From Vicugna vicugna (Eukaryota), in assembly GCA_013265495.1 (NCBI GenBank), contig MU060042.1, positions 5,948,258-6,012,257 of the forward strand: a DNA stretch of 64,000 bases, in the 5' to 3' direction. Of this stretch, positions 11,801 through 21,842 are shown piece by piece; within the stretch, counting starts at the first letter, position 1; each line of letters opens with the position of its first letter. Both the position numbers and the translations under genes were made by a program. A model generated the notes under the pieces. It was not told the origin of the DNA and did not search any database. It saw nothing but the letters and a program-made list of their open reading frames with translations.

Positions 11801-14800
11801 TTAGTCAAAGGGGAACAGTTGAAGCTGCTGCTCATTTTGGGTGGAGGACGGCTCCCCAGCCCCGAGCCTGGGCAGGAGGGCAGCGCTCGAGGAGGGACGC
11901 GATCTGCCCGCATCTCCCGGGCCCTTGCTGGCCGCAGACTCAAACAGGTCTCTTCAGAGCAGAGATTGCGTTCCCCTCGTGGAGTTAACTTCTCGCTCCG
12001 TCTCTCCACCCAGTTATATTTCGTCTCCCCTTGCCCCACCCTGCTTGTGTTTAATGAGAGTGAACTTCAGGAGTTCCGTTTTAGTATAAATGTTGTTTAA
12101 TTTCACCCTCTCTCTTAAGAGAGTGGGAGGCACTTCAGAATCCCTGGCCGGTTCGAGGCCGTGTTGCTGGTTTAGGAAGCAGGCCCCTGCAAAGTGTCTG
12201 CAGCGGGGGCGGCAGGGGCAGTCGTGGGAACTGGCTCCAAGGCACGCGCGTCTTTCCCTGTGTGTCTGGGTGACGAGTCGGCAGCCACCCAAGGAGGGTG
12301 CGTGGAAAAGAAGGTGGACACAGGGACAGAAAGCTGCGCTGGAACCTAGGTGCTCGATCTCACGTGGCCTTGATGTGAAAGCAAACGCCTCGTCTTTGTC
12401 ATTTACACCCAGGGAGAGGTGAGAGGCTGGGGGCTGACGAAACGGCCCAGGAAACCGGGGGGGATGGGGCGGTGTGGGCGCGGGTGACGCCGCCCCCCAC
12501 GAGTGCCCTGCACGCACTAGCCCTCGTCTCAGCAGGACAGGGCCGCTGGTTCCTGGGGGTGCTGGCAGGTCTGGCCTGCCCTCTCCTGGGATTTGCCCCC
12601 GTGCATCTGCGGCACGAAGGTGCCGTCCCCTGGGGCGGGGGGGACCTGGCCGTGCCCTGCGATTTACAGTGACTCAACCGCAGAGCGACTGCACGTCCCC
12701 AACCCCAGGTGACAAGTTAGGTGGCGTCCCAGCTGGCCTGGCCTCCCCGCCGCGCTGCTGTCGGAGGTGCTCCGCGGGCCAGTGGGGGCCGAGGCTGGAG
12801 GCATCCCAGCCTGTATTCCATCTCTGGTTTTCACTTGCTGGCTGCGTGGGAACGGCCGCTCTGAGGTCGGGCGACGTAGGGGTTCTCAGGCTTGTCCGTG
12901 ACGCCGACGGAACCACGCCTGCGAGGAGCTACAGTGCGTTTCTTTCACGTGCGTGCTGGCCTTTTATTTGGCTTTTTCCCAGGAGTGTAGAATGAAAAAG
13001 GCCCTAGCAGGACATTTCATCAGGTCCCAGAGAGCCCGGGGGGCTGGGGCCCCGAGCACAGTCCCCCCTCGAGTCACTCGAGTCCCCACAGTTTACGCCT
13101 TAAACGGCACAGCACGTGTGACCTGCCCGTCTGCTGGGGACGCAGCGGAACGCGACAGGGTTAATGCACGTCCCAGAGCCTCTACTCGAGCCACTGAAGC
13201 GCAGGAAGACGTGCCTCCGGGTGAGTGCCGGCGGTCTGGGGGCGCCTCTGTGTTCTGGTTGTTTCCACCCTCAGATTTTGTTCCAAAAACGTTTGGCCCG
13301 TAAATAAGTTCGATTATAATTTATTCTTTGGTTCGACAATACTCATAAAACGTAAGCTCTCAATTTCGACTTCTCGATCCTGGCAGTACCACAGGGTGTG
13401 GTTTTTTTTTTTGAAATTAGCTTTATGGCCGCTTATTTAACACACAGATTAAATATGTCATAAAAGCTGCACGTGAGCCGCGTCTCCTTTGTGACGTCTG
13501 TGACTTGCCCCCCGTGGGGTGGACCGCACGGCAGTGTCCCTCTGGTGCCAGGGTGTCCTGCGTGGAAACGCGGGCAGTTCTCGCACACACGCATGCACGC
13601 ACACACGCTCACGCACACAGCAGTCTACGTGTTGGGACGCGCGCCCGTTTATGTCCATCTGCTGGGACGTTTTCTGTGTCTGTGCCGCCCGCGGAGTTTG
13701 CCCCAGCGTTTACACGAGGGCCCTATTGTGCTGGCATGCGGCACCTCCTCTGGGTTTGCGGTGGAACCGATGGCTCCCGAGGTGCTGGCTCGTCTGCCGC
13801 TGCGCCCGCCCCCCACCGCCCTGTGGTCACCCGCCCGGCGGCCCCGCCACAATCAGCCCTTTCAGGCCCCGGCAGGAGCTCTCGGGTTTCCAGAGTCTAG
13901 GTGTCATTAAACCAGCAAGCAGGTGGACCCGGGGGCCGGGATCACGTCTGCCCCGCGTCTGGCTGTGCACCCCCCTCACACCCTCCCCTCTTTCCTGCGC
14001 TCGAGCCGCTCTGGGAGAGAACAAGCAACTCCCTCATGGAAGGTTTCACCGACCTGGCCCAGGGCCCGGGCTGAGGCCTCCCCGCTGCCAGCGATGACTG
14101 AGGGTCTGCCTCGCGGGGAGCAGACACGCCAGGCCGTTCGCACTGCGGATGGCGGCAGCTGCTTGGTGGACGGAGGCCTGTGGTCAGCCCTGCAGATGAG
14201 CCCTCAGGGTCAGTGCTGAATGCACGTGGACATTGCATGGACGTCTCGCGGTGCCCTGGAGGGAGGGCTGCTGTCAGCACGGTGACCCGCCAGCTGCATA
14301 GCAAGGTCCCCAGGAGACCCTGCAGACGGCGTCTCACGAGGCAGAAGGTCCAGCGGGCCTGGAGCTGCTGCCCGTTGCAGCAGGACCTCTGCCCCCGCCC
14401 CCAGGAACCGGGCGCCATGACGGCCACACCGTGTGTGGGTGCTTCACTGGGACTTCAGTCTGTCCAGAAGAGCTTGTGGCCAGCCTCCCAGGTACTGTGC
14501 CTACGTGTTGTCGGCCCAGCACGCAGACTTTGCTGAAATACCTTAGTCCTCGTCTAGAGGAGCCGAGTGTCCCCCAGTGACGAGCAGAAACTGTTGACCC
14601 GTGTGCCGAGTTTCTCTGTCAGGATGCGTGGCAGTGACCAGGCTCTGTTTCCGCTGGGTCCTGGAGGGGTGACCTGCCCCTTGTGGGGGGGTAGGTGGAA
14701 AGAGGGCGGGCTCTGAAACGTCCGCAGAGTAAGGTCCTCTATAAATAGCGCACTGCCACCGGGACACATGCTGCTGCCACCGGCGTCCAGCTCTGTGACC

Positions 14801-15964
14801 TGCTGGGCTGTGATGTTTGAGTACCTCCTGTCCTTCTGACGGAGGGCGGAGGGGAGGGGCTTCAGCTCGTGTGATTCTGCAGCGGAGGGTCCCAGGGCCC
14901 GGGCACCGCTGGGCACCTCTGGGCACCACTCAGCTGCCGGGTGTAGACGTTAGCTACGCGCTTTGGCTTCCTAGTCAGGTGTCCTCTGGCCCCGTCAGGT
15001 CTGTGAGCTCGGGGGCAGCTGGTGGCCTTGCTTCCAGCTGGTGTTGACCTTCTCCCTCAGCCCGAGGTCCTGGCTTATTTTGTCCTTTGAATGGAGAGTT
15101 GTCTGGTGTTACTCGTCTGAGGGAAGGAAGCGGGGTGCCGTCGGGGGACAGCGGCAGTGGGGGTGGGGGCAGAGCTAGGAGGGTGGGCAGAGAGCTGGTG
15201 TCAGACCTGGCCACGCGGGCGGGCAACGCGGGTCCCTCATCACGGGTGAGCGCTGCGGGCGGGGACATGCTGGCTCGTGAGCACGTCGCCTCTGTGTGGA
15301 CACCCTCCGCGTCCTCCTTCAGGGAGATGAGTGCCTTCCAGCGGCGCCCGCCGGCTCTATCTCCGTTTCAGACCAGGTTGTATGGCCCTGGCCCAGTCTC
15401 TGCGTTTCTTTGTCTGATGCTGCACGTCTCAGAGTGCTTTCTCACTTAAGAACAAGCGTGCTTGACAGATGGTTTCAGATCTTGTGCCAGCAAATAGCAC
15501 ACCGCTGTGCTGTGCCACCAGAGCGTGAAGCCGGAGCTGGAGGTGCTCAGAAGCACAGTGGCCACATTCAGAGAGCCCAGCTGCTGATAGGCTGTCAGGG
15601 CGTGGCGTCTCCTTGGGGAGAGTGGTGACCAGGGCAGCGGGCTCAGAGTAGCCAGGACCTGTAACCGGACCCAGGCACCACCAGCGAGCCAGCAGCTGGC
15701 ACACCTGAGACCTACCTGACACAGAGCACCTTCTTCACGTGGGTTCTGAAGGAGCAGGGAGTGAGGGCCTCCCAGCTGTCCCTCAGGTCCAGGGAGAGGT
15801 TAGAACGTGGAGACTGTTTGGTAGTAATCCTCTGCCCATCAGAGCTGAAAAAGCTGTTCCCAACCCAACATGACACAGAAAACCCAAATGGCAGTGGTAA
15901 TGTTGATGTGCAGCCTTTGGTTCCTTCCAAAGTGACTTTTACGAATATTGCCTGTTTGCGTCCA

Positions 15965-16105
15965 CAGCCTTACAGCAATCCGGTGGACGGATTTAACTCC
16001 TCCTTACAAAGAAGGAAACTGAAGCATAGAGAAAAATGTTATTTGACTTGCTCTGAGTCACACCGGTGAGTGACAGAACCAGGGGACTGCCTTGATCTGC
16101 CACCT
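15965..16105 (-). mobile_element. MIR SINE fragment
   Basis: ttacaaagaaggaaactgaagcatagaga...gacttgctctgagtcacac...gtgacagaaccaggg resembles the reverse-strand MIR core (ttacagatgaggaaactgaggcacagaga...aacttgcccaaggtcacac). Confidence 0.7.
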
Positions 16106-18305
16106 CCGATGTGAACCCAGTCTCCACTCTCCCAAGGTTTGGCTGTATTACTGACTCTTTTTTCACCCAGTAGAGATGCAGTGAACAAAGATTTATGCTC
16201 AGAAGTCCAGCTTTCAAGTGTGAGTTGATTCTGCAAGCCAAAGAGAAGGGTAGTATGTGTTTTTCTTCTTCAAAGAATATCTGGTTATTAACTGAGGTAT
16301 TTTCAATAACTGAGGAAGGCCTGGGGACAGACAGGACTTCCAAAATGATGGGGAGAGAAGCTTGGTGAGTCAGCACTGCCCAGAAAAGCACTGAAAATAC
16401 TGACAAAACTCTCAGGTAAAGTATCTCAGAATCTGGAAGTTAACCAGAGGCAGAACAAAAGGGACGCTGGACCTTGGTGAGAGAGGCAGGTTCTGTGGCT
16501 TTGTGGCTTGGGGTTCCTCCTGCCCCCTTGCCAGCTCCATGGTGTGCAGCCATGAAAAGCCGGCAGCTTCATAGACAGTGAAGGAGATTGGCCTCTTTGG
16601 GGCTCTGTTAGAAGCTGCACCCCAAACGCAATCCGTATTTTGACTGGTCGTGAAGCTCCCCAGAAAGCCTCATTCCCAGGGCAGGATAAAAACAGCAGAG
16701 GGCTGGCATCGTGCTCACTGGAGCCGCCCAAGGCCGTGATCTCAACTGAGCAAGTGAGCCTTGTCAAGCTAGGTGACCACAGGGGAGTTTGAAAGCCCTG
16801 CTGTGTTCCTGGGGGTCTGGAAGACTGCACACACGCACACGGGTGTGCACATGCTCAGGGAGACCTGGGCAAGGAGAGGGCCCAGTCGTCCACCTCCGGC
16901 TCGTCCACCTTGAGACCCTGTACAAGCGGAAGTGAAGCCCAGGCTGGCTGAACTGTGGGCGAGTTAGAGGTGGGCCTTGGTAGACAGATGCCCTCAACTA
17001 AAAGGGGAGGACTCATGGCTCAAGGCAGTTAAAAACACCTGACTGATACTCGACTGACCGTTAAACTGTGCTAACCTGAGGGTGACCCCTAGGAAGCTGA
17101 GCTTAAAAAATAAACACACATTTTTCAAAAAGAGAATCAGAGAACTTAGTAGCCACACACTGCAGAGATACAGAATCTGCAGAATTAGTCCAAGAGAGTC
17201 ACTAACCAAGTAAGCAGCAACTAGGGGGGAAGAAAGAACCCAGCGATAACAGCAAATCCTGGAGGGGTAGGTGGGGGGGGCAGATTCCAGAGCTGCTGCG
17301 GTGTCTTACCTACAACGTCTAGCTTTCAAACAAAACGTTATGAGACACGAAACATGAAAATACGTCCCATAGGCAGGGATAAAACCACATACAGCAGACG
17401 GTGTCCCCGAGGGGGCTCAGGCACTGGGCTTCGCAGCCAAGTACCTGAGCTGCCACAGACATGCTCAAGGAGCTGAAGGAAACCACGTTATAGGGTTAAA
17501 GGAAAGTAGTGCAACTGTGTTCCACCAGATGGAGAGGATCAGCAGTGAGACAGAAATACGTATATTTTCAAAGAGCCAAGCGGAAATCCTAGAGTTGAAA
17601 AGTATAATAACTGAAATGAAAAGTTCATTAGAAGGGCTGAACAACGTTTTGGAGCTGACGGAGGAAAAGAATCGACAGACTTGAAGAAAGATCAATAGAC
17701 TGTCCAGTCTGAGGGGTGGAGAGAAAAAAGATTAAAGAAAAAGAACAAGTGGGACACCGTAAAACATACAAATGTGTGCATAATGGGACTCCAGAAGAGG
17801 GGAGGAAAGGGTAGAAAAAACATTGGAAGAAACAATGGTCAGAATCTTCCCAAATTTGTTGAAAAACATTGTGCACATCCCAAAAGGTCAACAACTTCCA
17901 AGTAGGATAAAATCAGAGCTCACATCATAGCCACACTGTCCAAAGTCAAAGAAAAAGAGACAGTTCTAAAAGCAGCAAGAGGAGAACAAGTCGCAGGTGC
18001 GTGGACGCTGCAGTAAGGTCAGCGCTGACTGCCCATTCGTGGTCATGGAAGCCAGAAAGCAGTGGAGTCACCCACTCGAAGTGCTCAGAGGAGGGCTGCT
18101 GACCACGCAGCCCACATGCAGCAAAGCTAGCCTTGGAAGAGAAGGCAAAATAAGGAAAGATACTGGGACCTGAGCCACAGGAGGAGCTAAAGGGAGTCTC
18201 TCAGGCTGATGGTGACTCAGATCCGCGCGAAGGAATAAAGTGCTGGTGAAAGTAATTACACAGGTAAATAAAAAGACAGAAGAGCATTAACAAAAACTTT
18301 CTTCT

Positions 18306-18454
18306 GGGGGAGGAGACAGCTCACTGGTAGAGTGCCTGCCTAGCACGCACGAGGTCCTGGGTTCAATCCCCAGTGCCTCCACTTAAAGAATAAGTAAATA
18401 AACAAACCTAGTTACCTCTTCCCCTAAAAAAAAAAAAGGAGACAAAGAAAAGGA
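18306..18454 (+). mobile_element. tRNA-derived SINE, camelid Vic-1-like, inserted in the L1
   Basis: A box agctcactggtag, B box ggttcaatccc (18359-18369), 3' part aataagtaaataaacaaacctagttacctcttcccct plus A tail; degenerate target-site duplication aaaaactttcttct (18292-18305) / aaaaacttttttcct (18456-18470). Confidence 0.85.
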
Positions 18455-19861
18455 AAAAAACTTTTTTCCTCCTAACTTATTAAAAAAATACTTAGGACAA
18501 TAATTACAAAACTGTTCTGATAGGCTCATAATATATAAAATGTCATTTGTGTGACAATGATAGCACAAAGGAAGGAGCAGGGGAGGAAGCTGTGTTGGAA
18601 TAAAGTTGCTGTATGTTTAATAAGTATTACTCTGAAATAAATATTTTAAAGTTAGATGAGTACTGTAATCTTTGGAGGACCTGCTAAAAAAACAAGAATA
18701 AGTTAAGTAAACAAAACAGGGTTTTTAAAAAGCATTTAAATGATACACTAGCAAATAAAAAGAAGGCAGCAGTGAAAGAAGGTAAGAACAACAAAAAACC
18801 CAAACCACAAGACGTGGAAAACAAACAGCAAAACGGTGCATGTATGTCCCACCGTATAAAAGTTACATTAAATGTAAATAAATGAAACCCTCGTAAAGGG
18901 AGGGGGTTGTCAGGCCAGATGGGGGTGGGGATCCAGCTATGTGCTGTCCACAGAAAGCACACTTTAGATTTAAAGACACAAACAGATTATAAGTGAAAGC
19001 TTGGAAAAGATGTATCGTGCCAACAGCGAACAGAGATCTGGAGCAGCGACACCAGTATCCGACAGAACAGACTGAGGACCAAAGAAAATGTTACTGGAGA
19101 CAAAGAGGGACGTTTTCTAATGAGCAAACTGAGCAGGAAGATGCAGCAAGTGTACATGTATTTGCACCTAACGGCAGAGCCCTCTAGCACAGGAAACAAA
19201 GACTAGCAGAGCTGAAGGGGTAAATCTAAAGACAATTAAGAAACTGCTGGAGATGCCAGTACTCCCCCCTCAATAATGGACAGCGCAGCTGGACGGAAAG
19301 GCAGCAGGGACGCGGGACGGTCGAGCCACTGCCGTCGGCCCGCTGGGCCTAGACTCTCCCCAAGCAGGGTGATCATGGAGCATTCTCCAGACAGACTTCC
19401 CACTGGGCCACATAAAGCCTGGATAAATTTTAAAGGATTCAGTCTGATCACAGTGGGGTTAATCTATACAATCAATGCAATCCCTACCAAAATTCTAGAG
19501 GTTTTTTTTTTTCGGAAACTGAGAAAATGATCCTAAATTTATATGAAAGTTAGAAAAAATGCAGAATAGCCAAAGCATTTTTGAAAACAAAGAGCAAAGT
19601 TGGAAGACTCACATTTCTCAATTTCAAAACCACACTAAAGCTACACTAATCAGGACAGTGTAGTATTGGCATAAGGCATATAGATCAAAGGAACAGACTT
19701 GAGAGTCCAGAAATAAATCCTTATTTTTATGGTAAATTGGTTTTTTAACAAAAGTGCTCTCCACTTAATTACGGCAAAGGATAGCCTCTTAAATAAATGG
19801 TGCTGGAACAACTGGATATCCACCTGCAAAAAAGTAAACTTAGACCCTCACCTCACACCTC

Positions 19862-19989
19862 NNNNNNNNNNNNNNNNNNNNNNNNNNNNNNNNNNNNNNN
19901 NNNNNNNNNNNNNNNNNNNNNNNNNNNNNNNNNNNNNNNNNNNNNNNNNNNNNNNNNNNNNNNNNNNNNNNNNNNNNNNNNNNNNNNNN
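19862..19989. other. Assembly gap (128 N)
   Basis: Run of n characters inside the L1. Confidence 1.
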
Positions 19990-21809
19990 CACCAAAAACA
20001 GCCCATAGAATTAAAAAACTGATAAATCTGATTTCATCAAAATGCAAAATTTTTGTACTTCAAGAGATACAATTAAGAAAAAGGAAAAAACAAACAGTAG
20101 GCAGGATGAATGCGTTTTCAAAACAGTCTGATAAAGGGTTTGTATTTAGAATATGCAGAGAACATATCTCAGTACTAAGAAACAGCCTGGTCAAAAGCTG
20201 GGCAGAAGGTTGACGTAGACGCTTCTCCAGAGAAGATGAGTGAACATCTAGTAGCTACGTGAAAAGACACTCAGCGTCACCATCACAGGGAGTGCGGCAC
20301 CAGCACGCTGGGGAGGACGCGGAGAAACTGGACCTCTCACTCCCTGGCGGGGACGTCCTGCATTACGGCCGCTTGACAGTGTCTTAGAAGTGGAACGTGA
20401 ATTCGCTGTGAGACCCAGCAGTTCTACGCTTAGGCGCCTGCCCAAGAGAAATGGACGTGTGTGTCCACACAAAGACCTGCACACAAATGTCTTAGCATCA
20501 TTTATAGTATCCCGGCATTTGAGACAGCCTGGTGTCCAGCCGCTAGCGCACGGATGGACGGAAAGCGTGAGGCGCATCCGGGCAGTGGAGTAGCGCTCAG
20601 CCCTGAGGAGGAGGAAGCGCTGGCTGGTGCTTGGAAGCCGCTGGACCTTGAGCCCATCGTGCTGAGTCGAAGAGCCAGACGCAAAGAGCGCGCGTCACGT
20701 GGCTCTGTTAAGTGAAGGTGTCTGGGAAAGGCCGGCGGTAGCCTGGCGGGCGTGTTCCCTGGTCAGTCCTCGCCCTCATGCGGCTGGAAGAGCTTCTCCT
20801 CGCTAGTGTTATGTCCAGCTTCGCTGGGGTGCTGGGCGCCATGGAGGACGGCGCTTCTGAAGGGGGGCTTGTGTGCGTCCTGCGTGTCCTCCTCCGAGTG
20901 CGGGGCACGCAGCCCTCTCTCAGGAGTGCTGGAGGGAAGTTCTAACTCCCGTTGTTAACACGAGCGTGACGACCGAGTTCCTCTTGGGGAGGAGAGACAC
21001 GTGCGCTCCTCCACCATTACTGTTCAGCCGAATCCAGGGTTCTCGTTAAATCGGGGCCGCTCGCAGGACCCCCGCGCGCCGCCTCCGACCGTGGGCACAG
21101 CTTTGAGTCCCTTTACCTTTTTCAGTTTGAATTTTGACACAGTGCTCTTCCTTCCTTCCAGATTGTAATGTGGACACTTCCACATCACAGAGAACAAAGA
21201 GAGTCTGTTCCCCACATCCGCCCTTATCAGGCCCGGGGGACCCCAGCTAATCAAAGCCTAGTACTTGGGACAATGGGCCGGGCGGGCCGGCCCCCCTGAG
21301 GACACACAGTTATCGCTCCCAGAACCCGGGGCTGGTTTCCTTTTGTTCTGCAGTCAGCGGGGGCTGGGGGCGGGCCTTACCAGGCTGCCGCCCTCCCCCC
21401 CCCGGGGGCGAAGGTCCCCCCATGGCCTATCAGGCCCCACAGCTGCTGTTACTCCAGACGCAGCAGGAAGAGCTGAAGGCAGCAGAGCCAGCGCCTCGGC
21501 AACGTCTAGGGTCTGCGACTCCCGGGCTCTGGCTCCAGTCCGGGCCGCACAGACGGGGGAGGTGCGGCAGAGGCACTGTCTGCAGCCCAGACGCGGGGGC
21601 CAGGGTAGGGGGGATCGTGGGGGCCTCGGCTGCGAGCCAGGCCGCTGCCCTGCGAGGGGGCCCCACGCGGGCAGGCCCCTTCGGCCTCCAGGACAGACTG
21701 TTTTACAGCCTCCTCCATCCTTTCTGCCCATAAAGCCAGTTGGTTTGCAGCCTGGTCTTGTGTGTCTGCAATGGTTTCAGCAGAGATTGGAGCTGGGCCC
21801 CAAGAGAAG

Positions 21810-21842
21810 CCAGGGCGGGAAACCCAGGGCGGGAAACCCAGG
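21810..21842. repeat. 14-bp tandem repeat (CCAGGGCGGGAAAC x2 plus partial copy)
   Basis: ccagggcgggaaac ccagggcgggaaac ccagg, read directly. Confidence 0.9.

Larger units (their letters stand above)
16334..20900 (+). mobile_element. Ancient L1M-type LINE-1, sense to NFATC1: 5' region, ORF1, endonuclease part of ORF2, internal deletion, ORF2 C-terminus and 3' end
   Basis: ORF1-like text at 17500-18000 (gaaatcctagagttgaaaagtataataactgaaatgaaa); endonuclease-like text at 18900-19450; ORF2 peptides [28 protein letters not shown] (19729 ORF) and SDKGFVFRICREH; 3'-end text cccaagagaaatg...gtccacacaaagac. Boundaries approximate. Confidence 0.88.

Noticed and set aside
18306-18380. Possible tRNA gene (A and B boxes)
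   Set aside because: Followed by a SINE tail and A-run with a target-site duplication; it is a tRNA-derived SINE.
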